Shown: piece by piece, positions 1 to 11,200 of the stretch
Layout: the number at the start of each line of letters is the position of its first letter
How positions within the stretch are numbered: position 1 is the first letter of the stretch
Virus record (IMG/VR): IMGVR_UViG_3300016722_000003
Location: 1-55,269 of that record
DNA from: a virus
Lineage: Duplodnaviria; Caudoviricetes
DNA length: 55,269 nt
Strand: one strand, 5' to 3'
Position numbers and translations under genes: made by a program
Notes under the pieces: generated by a model
Told to the model about the DNA's origin: nothing
Databases searched by the model: none
What the model saw: the letters and a program-made list of their open reading frames with translations, nothing else

Positions 1-80
1 TTTTACATTTTGGTATAAAATAAGGTAAATTTTAGCGGCAGTTTTTTATATGTTTATACTATGTTTTTTTATTCATGTAC

Positions 81-115
81 AAAAAAATAGGCCCTCTCAC
101 GAGGGCCTTATATTT
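81..115 (-). terminator. Intrinsic terminator at the end of the lysis operon
   Basis: AGGCCCTC-tcac-GAGGGCCT hairpin; the A-run on its left is a U-tract on the minus strand, just past the last lysis gene. Confidence 0.85.
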
Positions 116-132
116 ATACCTAGCTTTTTAAC

Positions 133-579
133 TTATTTGAAAGCCATAAATACTCCAAGTCCGACAAGTAATATTTTGAGCTCCTTATTCTGCTTTTTCA
201 TCTCCGCTATCTTTTGATCCTGCTCCTTTTTCCATGTTAGCAATAATTGATTGGCATCTTGCAAGTCTTTCTCGGCTGTCTTGGATGATGTCATTGCTTC
301 TTGCGTTTGCTCTTTGAGCGTCGCTAATTGCGTTTTCAGCACTTGCGTTTGCTCTTGAGATGTTGTCAGCTGTTCCTGCGCTATCGTTAACGCCCTGTCC
401 GATTCTTCCGAGTTCGTCGCTAGTTGCTCGTTGTTCTTCTGCAGCTCTGTTAATTCGATTTTCAACGTTTGTAAATTCTGCTTTTCCGCCTGATTCATTT
501 CCGCTGAGCACATACCAGGCAAGCAAAACAGCAATAATGGTACAACCAATAGCAATAAGCATAGTTTTTTTGTCTTCAT
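133..579 (-). CDS. Coiled-coil protein with signal peptide and C-terminal hydrophobic anchor; spanin-like candidate
   Basis: N-terminal MKTKK plus hydrophobic stretch, long Q/E/K/L coiled coil, C-terminal LKILLVGLGVFMAFK; last gene after the endolysin. Confidence 0.65.
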   Translation of the reverse strand: MKTKKLCLLLLVVPLLLFCLPGMCSAEMNQAEKQNLQTLKIELTELQKNNEQLATNSEESDRALTIAQEQLTTSQEQTQVLKTQLATLKEQTQEAMTSSKTAEKDLQDANQLLLTWKKEQDQKIAEMKKQNKELKILLVGLGVFMAFK

Positions 580-583
580 TCAC
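185..583 (-). CDS. N-terminally anchored coiled-coil protein; i-spanin (Rz)-like candidate, overlapping 133..579 in another frame
   Basis: GTG at 583 behind an AGGTGG RBS; TM segment MLIAIGCTIIAVLLAWYVL followed by an Ala/Arg/Asn-rich helix. Confidence 0.6.
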   Translation of the reverse strand: MNEDKKTMLIAIGCTIIAVLLAWYVLSGNESGGKAEFTNVENRINRAAEEQRATSDELGRIGQGVNDSAGTADNISRANASAENAISDAQRANARSNDIIQDSRERLARCQSIIANMEKGAGSKDSGDEKAE

Positions 584-631
584 TTTATACCCACCTTTCA
601 ATAACATTTTAAAACGTACATTATACAAAAA

Positions 632-1165
632 TCATTGATTCTCCAAATACCATAAAGCCTTTCCACGTATTACATCACCACCGGATTTCATTTCTCCATC
701 AGAATCAGGCAAGTACCACAAATCCCATCTAGTTTCTGGATCACCCGAACATGGCCCATATCCATCCAACCACGCTGCTTCGCAATGTGTCATAACAACA
801 TCTTTGTTAATGTCCAGCTCCAAACCTTCACATAAAGTCTTAACAACTTTAGCAAGAGTTTCAATTTGTTCTTCGGTCGGTGGTTCATCCCCAAAATCAG
901 TATCATAGCCGCTATTTGCTTGTGCTCCTACGCAACAACAAATAGCTATTCCAATTGCACGACTATTTCTGTGCCAAGTATGTGTTAACTTTGTAGTCAA
1001 ATCATCTACACTAGCATAAATCAAACCATCACCTGTAATATTTATGTGGTAATCGTCAAACGTTTGATTGTAGTATCCTGCAGTCCAATGCAGATAAATC
1101 TTATCTATTTCTCCTTTAGCATCTCTGGCCATATTTCTAATACCATCCAAAGTTATTTCGTTCAT
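632..1165 (-). CDS. Endolysin, N-acetylmuramoyl-L-alanine amidase (Amidase_2-like)
   Basis: KIYLHWTAG, YHINI, HTWHRNSRAIGIA and MTHCEA zinc-amidase motifs; next to a holin. Confidence 0.9.
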   Translation of the reverse strand: MNEITLDGIRNMARDAKGEIDKIYLHWTAGYYNQTFDDYHINITGDGLIYASVDDLTTKLTHTWHRNSRAIGIAICCCVGAQANSGYDTDFGDEPPTEEQIETLAKVVKTLCEGLELDINKDVVMTHCEAAWLDGYGPCSGDPETRWDLWYLPDSDGEMKSGGDVIRGKALWYLENQ

Positions 1166-1413
1166 TTTATATCACTCCCCAATGGCTTTCCAGCCTCTTT
1201 ATCCGGCGTATTGTATTTACTATTAATCAACTTATTTGCTATTTGCGTAGCTGCACTACCGCCACCAGTCATAGTGGCAAATGTTTCATAGTTTCCCCAT
1301 GTCTGTCCCTTATATATCAAGTAGACGCTACCAATTAAAAAAGCTATAAATCCAACTAAGGCGAAAAGCCGTGTAAGTGAATACCTTCCTCCTTCTTTTA
1401 AAACGTCAAGCAT
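1162..1413 (-). CDS. Putative holin
   Basis: 83 aa with a TM helix (LFALVGFIAFLIGSVYLIY) and charged C-terminus, overlapping the endolysin start. Confidence 0.7.
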   Translation of the reverse strand: MLDVLKEGGRYSLTRLFALVGFIAFLIGSVYLIYKGQTWGNYETFATMTGGGSAATQIANKLINSKYNTPDKEAGKPLGSDIK

Positions 1414-1430
1414 ATTAATCCCCCCCCCTA

Positions 1431-1781
1431 TTATTCTTGCTTAACCGGTTCTTGTTCTTCCTCAGCTTTAGTCTCTGTCACATCAGGTGGTTTCTTAAAA
1501 ATTCTTATAACACTATTCTTTTCTAACGCTGCCATGAGCTTTGTAACCAAATCCATAGCCGTATCTTCTGTACCAATATCTATAGTCGGTACCTCTACTG
1601 GACTATCAACATTTGCCTCTTCCTCATAAGCATTTGTATTGGCCTTGTCTACACATAAATCATAGAGTTTTACCTCTACTGCATTTAATGGTTTTGGTAA
1701 CTTTTCTACATCACCACCAACTGCTAAAAACAATAAATACGCATCTTTTCTTTCCAATAATTCAAAATTCATGAACATCAC
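1431..1781 (-). CDS. Hypothetical acidic protein
   Basis: Tightly packed in the operon with an RBS; no motif recognised. Confidence 0.7.
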   Translation of the reverse strand: MMFMNFELLERKDAYLLFLAVGGDVEKLPKPLNAVEVKLYDLCVDKANTNAYEEEANVDSPVEVPTIDIGTEDTAMDLVTKLMAALEKNSVIRIFKKPPDVTETKAEEEQEPVKQE

Positions 1782-1790
1782 AACCTTTCA

Positions 1791-2096
1791 TTAGTTTTCT
1801 ATTGGCTTTGTAGGTAAAGCCTTAACCTTTTTATAAATATCGTCCATAACTCCGTTTTGACCGAGGTTATGATACGATTGATAACATGCTTCAAAACTAT
1901 CTTTTGCATAAATCGGCATATAATGTTTCTCTTCGTAGTATTGACTGTATTGCTGTATCATTCTGTCACGCAAAACAGCCTGTAAACCTGCCCTTAAAGC
2001 ATCTTTTTCTTTACTTTGTTTGGCATAATAACCTACTAAAAATGACACTATCATACCAAATAAAACTTTTATTGCATTATCCATTAAGCTGTCCAC
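1791..2096 (-). CDS. Single-TM phage membrane protein (holin/antiholin-like)
   Basis: GTG start behind GGGGGTG; TM helix, then the LQAVLRDR...YHNLGQNG pattern common in Firmicutes lysis modules. Confidence 0.7.
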   Translation of the reverse strand: MDSLMDNAIKVLFGMIVSFLVGYYAKQSKEKDALRAGLQAVLRDRMIQQYSQYYEEKHYMPIYAKDSFEACYQSYHNLGQNGVMDDIYKKVKALPTKPIEN

Positions 2097-2111
2097 CGCA
2101 GCACCCCCAAC

Positions 2112-2140
2112 AAAATAGCCGGCAGCTTTTAGCCACCGGC
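2112..2140 (-). terminator. Intrinsic terminator between virion and lysis genes
   Basis: Minus strand GCCGGTGGCT-AAA-AGCTGCCGGC-TATTTT, with two G-U pairs that form only on this strand. Confidence 0.7.
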
Positions 2141-2210
2141 AAATCATATTTAGAAATTTGTTATTTATGCCTTCTGTCTTTTATTTTTCCTGCCAACACT
2201 AGTTATAACA

Positions 2211-5200
2211 TCAGTCTTTTACATACTTTCTATATCTTTGTACCCCTAATTTGGCAAGCTGCACCTTTTTGCTGTCTATATTATCTAAATACTGTCTTTT
2301 TTGTTCAGGAGATAAATTTTTATTCATAATTACCGTTGTGGAAGCTTTGTTTAGCTCTCCTAGCTTTTTATTAAGACTATTTGCCTGTTTAACATAAAAA
2401 GCAGGATGACCTTTTATACCATTAGCTGAATGTTCTTTGGAAATCTCGTTGTAAATTGCATACCATTCTTCAACACTCTTAGAACGTTTGCCTTCGGTGA
2501 AAGTAAAGCCCTTTATACCTGGTTGCTCACTCCATAATTTTTCTGCTTTTGTATATTCAGTACCAAACAAATTATCCATTGACTGAGCCACAAACGCACC
2601 TGCAGTACCAAAATACCCTTTTATTGTATTGTCCCATTTTTCCGGTGAAGTATTCGTGTTTCTTCCCAAGAATTTAGCAAACTCAGTAGTGTAAATATTG
2701 TATTGCTTATCATCAGGAAGATTTTGCTCTCTTCGCCCAACAACTGCCTTCCCTGTAAAGAAACTGTAGTTTGTTTTCCATTCAAGCAGAGGCAATACAA
2801 GTGTTGGCAGAACATTTGGGGATAGTACATCAAGCATATACTTAGCCCAATCTGCTACTGCTTTAGGATCATTGTTTGCACAAGCATCCAAAAAGCGTTC
2901 CATTCCACTTCCAAAAAGAACTCCTGCCTCTTGTGGTTTAGGCAGCCTAAATATAGTATCTCCTACCTTCCACACCCAAGAGCCATTCTTTACATCATCC
3001 GGTAACTCTTTATACCAATCTTTATCATAGTTCATAGCCCACAACATAAGGCTTGGAAGCATAATGTATTTAGCAAGAGCTATGGTAGTTTTTCTTGGAT
3101 TGTAGCGTAGCAACCGGTACATTTTGTCACTGCCCTGAATACATGCGTTAAAAAATGGTACCGCAGAATTAACTTTGCGCCCATATATACCAGACCGTCC
3201 AAAATCAAGAGTAAGTTCTTTGGCAAGGAAACCTGCTTCCTCTATAGATAAACCTTGCTTTCTTGCCCTCATAAATTCGCCCATACGAGTCCCACTTTCA
3301 GCTAGTTCCGAAGCATCTTGAACTGCCTCATACAGAGTACTTACAAGCTTTTTTATAGGCACTGCACGCCAGCTCTTATCTCCACCTGCCATTTTATCAA
3401 GAGTCAAAGCTGCACTTCTGCGATTTGAACCAACAAAGTTTGACATAGGCACACCTGCGGCTTTAAATTCTTCCACGAGCTGTTTATCATGTTTTAACGC
3501 CCACATACCTTTTGCACTATCAATTACTGGGACAAACCCAGTCTTGCTACTTATACCGGCAAAAATAGTATCACGCACTAGATTGCGAACAATAAAATCA
3601 GGCGAAATCGTTGCCCCTGTTCGCAATGCTTGTGCTGTAGACTTAAATAAACTACTAACAATTGTTGCCGGTGCCTCTGTATACCCGGCTAACGCTCCGT
3701 AAAATTCCGGATCTGTCTTAAAAGCTTGTTTTTCTCCATTAACCATAACAGTAAAAATACTATTATTAGGATCAGAACTTGTCGCCTCTACCCTCATAGC
3801 AAACTTTCCTGCCTTATTATCTTCAGATAGGTCAACAAAAATCTGTGCTACTTTATTACGTTCTGCCTTATCGCATATTGCGAACAAATTTTTAATCGTT
3901 GATTCCAGAGGATCTATTACCTTTCTCTCACTACCAAATTTTGTAATACGTTTGAGAAAAGTAGTGACATTCACGACTCCTTTGCCACCCAGTGCCCCCA
4001 TGAACTTATCAAAGGCTGCAGTGTCACTAAAATCACGAAGCATCGGAGCATAATGGCTATATTTTTCGTTCAGCATAGTATGCGTTTCATGGCTTATAAG
4101 ACCTGCATCTTCTGCAATGACCAACATGTTATCATTGAACTTATAATAAGCATCTGCTGCCCTTTGGAACTCTTCAGGAGCATTCTCTACGATTGCTCTA
4201 GCATCAGAATTAGATATTGGCCCCTTATATTCCGGAACACTATTCCATTCCTTTAGCTCCTTTTCCAAAGCTTCTAATTTACTTTCTCGTTCTTTTTCTG
4301 TGGACCTCAAATCTTTTCTAGTTGCAGACATTTCCTTGACTAAGCGGTTAATATTTTGCCGTTTGGCATCTTGAAGTTCTAGCAATCTAGCTGACATTAG
4401 GTAAGTAGAAAGCACATCATGAGAATTCTTAAAGCCGCCACGTTTGAAATATTCAGCATATTTACTTTTCATTTCCTTGTCCGGAATAATCTCAAAAACA
4501 GACTGTAACGTAACGTCATTTTTCAACTTTGCATCAGTTTTCATTGTCTGATTTATAGCCTTAATAACCTCTTTGGGATTTTCGCCCGAAACAAGCATGT
4601 TTGCGCGGCCTATGGCAAAGCTATTAGCCATCCTAGCCTGCTTATAAACATCATGCTCATAATCAAGTTTTTCACCGGCAATAATTTCAATTTGTTTCTG
4701 CAACTTATTAATAGGTTCTAAGCTATCTATCCAATTTTTATAAAAATCTTTTTTCACGTCCATAATTCGTTGTTTAATGGGTGCCTTAGGATTATGAGAA
4801 ACAGCAGCATTTCCTCTAGCTTCCGGTGTATCAAGTTTTTCTTCTTTATCTTTACCTGTATCACCAGTTGAGAGCTTTTTGATGAACTCACCAGCAGCAG
4901 ATTTAACAGAATAGGAAACATCAGTAGCGGAATCCTTCTTCTCCTCATAATTGACAGCCTGATTTTTTTGTGGTAATCTTTGCTCAACGGAAGAAGGACT
5001 ATCAATAGCGGTTTTAGACGTATCCAGAAGGGCGACATCATTGTCGTCATGATGTTTATTGATGGCCTTCTTCCAGATTGTTTTTATAGATAAAGTCTTA
5101 CTTGCATCTCTAACAACCTCAACCGCCGTGTAATAATTATTGCCTGTATTTTGCACAAATCTTATAGAAGGCTCGCCGTTATTTGTCGGCGTGCCTTTTT

Positions 5201-8200
5201 CGATTTTATTAGGATTTTTAATGGCATAAATAGCTTCAACTATTTCCTCTTTACTAAGGCCTATTTGACCAGCCTGTTTTTCATTGCCAATCCCATGTCT
5301 TTTTTCAATATGCCTTACATCATTACTTTTCCAAACATGTTCATAACCTTCTACATCAAGTCCAGTAGAAGTCCTAATTACTTTTGCCTCACTAACACTA
5401 ACTTTTCCTAATTTTAATCTTAATTTCTTACCAGGATTTGCTAATACCACGTTCACATAATCAGCAATACTCTTCTTACTAACATTGAATTTGGGTCCAC
5501 TATTTTCGTCATAATAGGGTCTAGCATCAGTAGCAGTTGTTGCAAATTTTGCAACAACTGTATCTCTTGGTTTTTTAATGTTTTTATTTTCCTGACCTTT
5601 GTCTGCAGTAGATATCTCTTTGATTTGCTGTGTATCAAATACTCCATACTCACTTGCATGATCATATTCTTTGCCCATGTCAGCTATAATGCCGTCATAT
5701 CCCATTTGTTGCAAAGCCCTTATATGTTTGTTATATTCTTTTACCGGATTTTCAACAGAGCTTAGAATGGTAACTTTCATCAAGCGACTATTCCCAATTT
5801 CACTCCAATGCCTCATCTTATCCGTAAACTCGTTATAAGAAGCAAATTCTTTCTTTAAACCTGGCAATGTCCAAAGGTTTTGCATGTCTTTATCAGACAA
5901 ATTACGCAAGTCTAAGGGCTGTTGCATTATCAGATTAGCCTGCTTTACAACGCCTTTTTGTCCTTTTTCTTGAATAAAAGACGATTTTTTACTGTCCAAC
6001 TTCTCATAACTGAAACTATCGGCAGCCTTTTTACTATCCGTAAACCATACAAGACCTTGTTCCCCATTATTAGTACGCTCTTTTTCATTAATATCGTAGC
6101 TATCGAAAGACTTAGGAGTACCGTGGAAGAATATTAAAGGCTTACCATTTTCATCCGATAATGTGTGATAAAATTTTTCATTTGCAGAATCATTACTTTT
6201 TGGAACAACAGAATACTTCTCTGGATATTTTAACTGCAACTTGACAAGATCACTTTCACTTAGTATACTTTTCTTAGATAAAGCACTCTTGAGTGCAAGT
6301 CCCACAGAGGTATCTCCTCTGATGGCTTGTGCCCATGTAGTGCTTTTTTCTTTGTCCGCATATAAAAGATTGCCATTATCGAATTGTGCTGTAAACCACT
6401 TATAAAATGGCATAGTTTTATTTTTAATATCTGTTCTTCCGTAAGCACTATTGATGATGTTTATAATTCCATGTTTTTTATCAATCTTTTCCAATTCTAC
6501 AGGCACAACGACCGTAGCACCATTATCATCTGTTAGTTCTAACACAAACATAAATTTATTTGACTTATTAGTTTTAAATATCATAAGAGGCTCTGTCATT
6601 GCCTTTGGTAATTTATTTAATATGTTTATACTCATTCCACCATGCTTAGGTGCCAGTACGTGATTAAAAAAACTACCATAGACTTGTAAATTGAGTTGAT
6701 TTGCTCCAATTAAATTCAATACTAATGGCATTTTCATGAAATCATAAAGTTTACCATCATTTTCTTTTTTCCACAAATTCTTATCAGAAATATCATATTC
6801 GTGAATAAGTTTTTTCCACTTACCCATGTCCACATGCAATTGCTCAGCACCAAGCCTATGTTCAATATTAAATACTTCTCCACTTGCAACTTGTTTATAG
6901 TACTTTTCAAGTTCAAGCCTGCTCTTAGCTTCTGCACTACCAAAATAAGTTTTTACTTGATTAATAATGTCTTGAATCTTACGCCATAGCTTACCTAAAC
7001 GACCTTTACCTTGTTTTTGCCAGTCACGATAAGCATTGCATTGAGCTTCTTTCCCGGGTAAAAGTCTATCCATATCGGCATTTTCTTTTGGCGTGAAGGC
7101 TATTTTTTTAGCAAATTCCATAACCTCATGGTCAATAGTGCCCTTTTCGCTATCTCTAGTAAGCTGCATTAGTCCATCAATACCTATAGTCCGCATGCTC
7201 CCCTGCAACTGTTCATTGCTTGTAACAGGTATACCATGTTCTTTGCTTGCTCTTTCTCTGTCCTCTGCAGTAGCAACTATTCCGTTTACAAGGTCAATAG
7301 TCATTTTAGAACCATTTGGCAATTCAAAACTTACGCTATTACCATTTGAAACAATGTTTTTTGCTGTAGGAAAACTCTCCTTAGCTGCTTGAACAAGTTC
7401 ATTATCCGTCATAATAATACTGTTAGACCCAGGCTGTTTTACAGAATATAGTTCAATCCCTTTATCCGTTTCTTTTTGTTCAATAACATCAAATAGTTTT
7501 TGGAATTTATCATTAATTTTTACAGATTCTTCTTTTGTTGGATATGGATATCTATCATCTTTTCCTACTACTTCAAAAGCTTCCAAATCTTGGATGTTGG
7601 CCAAGTAGTCGTTTGAGTAGCCTGTTTCATTCATTTTATCATTTACGAACTTTTCAAAAGCTCTTGCTCCCAATTCTGTCGGCGTTATCCAATAAGCAGA
7701 AGTCATATTTTTTGAACGATTGTACATACCAGAATATCTGATTTCCTTTTCTAATTCTTCAAAGGCAAGAACAACAGGCTTCCTTATTTTTTCAAACATC
7801 TTTTTACTGTTAACCATACCAGTTACAAAATTGGTTGGATTATGCCGCTCCTGTTGAGCTATAGCATTATCAAACGCATGCCACCACTCGTGTGCAAGGC
7901 TGCCTGCTCCATTATTTTTCGTTAGGTTGATAACAACTTTTGTAGGTTCATAATGAGCGGCTGCACTGCCACTCCCACGAGCACCAAATGCCAAGCCTAA
8001 TGAACCATTCAATGATAAAGCTCTGGTATCAACACCAATAATATTTGCCAAATCCATTAAAGAATCAAATGCCCTGTTTAAATCATTTTGCCTACGTGCA
8101 TTTTCGACATAGTTTCCAAACTCAATACCTCTAAACCCAAAAGTATCAGATAACATCTTGGGTGATATATCTTTCCCTTTTCGCCAATCATTACCTATTC

Positions 8201-11200
8201 TTGGAGCATTTTCTGCTTTTCGTTCACTAGGAACATATTTATATTCATCTACTTTTTTCTCTAGCTCAGATGTATTGTTAGTCCTATAACTCAACGCTTC
8301 TTGGGCCGTAGTAAATGGCCCTGCCAAATCCACGGTCTTACCACCTATCTTTTTCCCAACATAAAACCCTTTTTTGCCACCACGGACAGAAGAATAGGCA
8401 ATATAATTATTTTTTTTAGCACTGGCCACACCTTCATATTCTAAAAACAGCGGTATTTTGGGAATTGCCTTTTTTAATGCAGTCTCATAATCCGCTGCAA
8501 AAGAAACTGTTTTGCTAGCATAGCTAAATATCTTGCCGTCTTTTCCCTTAGGAGAATAATATACTTCCCAAACAGGCTTTTCAGGATTCCACTTTTGCCC
8601 GGCAATAACACTTACCCCATTATTATGTTTTCGGATGCCAAATTTTTTCAAAGAATTATCATGCCCTAATTCAGTATATAAATCATACTGAAAACGCATT
8701 TCCCTGCCTAATGCGGTATCTAAATTCAAATTTTCTAAAATATCACTAGGAGATATTTCTCCATTCATCAGTTGGCGAGCTTCTTCCCGCATAAAAGTTG
8801 TCGCTTCTGCCCAAATTTCCAAGCTTCTTTGCGCACTATATTTTGTCCCTCTAGGTTTATTGGGAATGATATCTCTTAGCGAACGGATCATTGACACAGT
8901 ATCCTTTGGCATTCCATTTTCCAATGCCTTCTTATAATTCAGTTCTGGAAATACCTTGGCTAAGCTAGAGTTTGCAACATCTGCATCCGGTATAGCATCC
9001 ATTGATTGACGGTATAATTTCCACAAATCCTTTTTAGCCCCACCGATTTTTTCGCCAAAGTCCTCAATACGTTCTGCTGCCTTTTGTGGCATAGAAATAC
9101 CGCTCTCGTTTTTCTCGGAGCGGTTATTTTTTGTGCTATTTTTTTCAGTTACTTCTTTTTGTTGTACGGAAGGTCGCTCATCTTGAATGGTTTGCTTGTC
9201 TTGTTGAGAAGTTTCATTGCTTCCGTACTTACCTTCGAGTACCCCGTTACCCATTTGGTTTTCTTCTGAGCTTGCTTTTCCTGTTCCAGATTTGGTTCCG
9301 GCATTGAAAAGCTCCCCTTGGCTGTTACTTTCTTCACCCTCAACATCTCCTATCGACTTGTTATATATTTCACTCACTGTAGGCATTTTTACTTCGCCAT
9401 AGAGTCGGCCTTGGTTTGGATCTCCTAAATCTTCTACAAGCTTGGAAGCTCTTTGTAACATTGTATTAATCTTTTTCGCACTGTTTTTATTCCTATCCAA
9501 AAAGCTGATAATGTCTTTTGCCGTATCCGACAGTTCTTCACCAAACATAGATTGTTCTACAAGGTATGTGCTTACAGGTTTTCCCTCGTCTCTTAATTTT
9601 ACAAGTTTCTTACAAGCAGCAGTAACCTCTCCTGATAAATTATAGTCATATAAGCTGCCATTGCTCATTCTTGCCTGAATTTCGGCAATATAAGGTGCTG
9701 CATTTAACATAGCATTAGTAATATTTCTAATATTATTATCCGTAGATTCGCTCATAATTGCAAGTAGTCCGTTATCTTTATATGCTTTTGCAAACAAAGC
9801 ATTGCGTACTCTTGTAATTCCTTGTTGTGATACGTCCCCATCTGCAGTAAGTAGAGCGTTGAATTTGCCCATATCTTTCCCAACAATATCTTTTAGCGCA
9901 CTTATAACAAAATTACGATTGCCACCAGTAGTTAAATCTCCATTATCATTCGCAACATATTTTCGCAGTGTATTTGTGTCAAGTCTTTTAGCATCAGAAA
10001 GCCCTTGTTCAGTTGCCCCCATAACTGCTCCACCTGCTGTTGATGTAATGATTTTATTAGTATCTACATCATCTAACCGTTGTCTAACCAATACAGGTGA
10101 TTTCATTCCTTGAATAATTGCGGCATCTAGTCCATATTTGTCTGCGTTATCTACAAGGTACTGCTTATAATTCTTGCCTGCTTCATTGCCACCTTTGAGT
10201 GCCCTAGTAATAGCCATGACACGGCCGTTCCCATTTTCAACTACGCCATTATCATTAATAAGCGGAGCACCAGTATTAAGATTTCTGCTTTCGCCAAGGT
10301 CAGCAGGGCGTAGATTAGCCGCCATTTGCCTTACTTGCCCTTGCATAGCTACACTTGCTCTGTTTCTCGGTTGCAATTCAGAAGGATACAGCTTATTTGG
10401 TGCAAAACTATTATCAGCCTTATTTGAAGCTATTATATTGTCAGCATCTATAACTTTATACTGAGCATTAAATTCTGTACCATCATCAGTAACCACTTGC
10501 GTGGACTTGCCGGAGTGACTTTTTGCAACTTTATTTTTAAAATCGTCTAGTCGTTGTAATGATTGCGGAGATGGTATTTGCTGCCATTTGCCAACATCAT
10601 TTCGCGCGCTTTCCGGACTCACTTCTTTATAGTCGGCACCCTTTTTTGTATCATCAGCACTATGAAAGCTAAAGTTTTCGCCATGATTAGAATAGTCTTC
10701 TTTCCCCATTCTAATTGCTCCATCCTGAATGGCCGGCATAACTTGATCATATACCGCTCTAAGATTTTGCAAATAAGTCCTAGCTTGTTGCTGATTAACA
10801 CGACCTACTTCTACCATTTGCCTAACATCCTGTAGAGCTTTTTGATAATCATGTTGGAAAGACTGAGTATTTCCTATATACTTGTCCACAATCTTTTGCA
10901 AATTCGCAGCCACGTTTGTGTTTTTAGATGGGAATTGTGCTTTAAACTGCACTTCCCCTTGATTTCCAGACAAACCAACGTCTTTTGGGCCATTTGGTAT
11001 AGTGGCAATATTAGAGTTCTTTCTTATTTCAAATCCATCACCAACAATAATTCCACGTTTACGTGCTTCTGCTGCAACTGTTTGTTTAAGAAGGTCTTCA
11101 TTGGAAAAACCATTGATATTTCTTGCTGTATCTAATAACGCTCTATTACTTAATTTGGAAATTTGTTTTAACTTTTGTGGTGAATATCTCCCTATATAGC

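Noticed and set aside
1-130. Long att duplication of the tRNA 3' half at the left end
   Set aside because: No tRNA-like sequence found; only a 4-bp TGGT match, reported as tentative.
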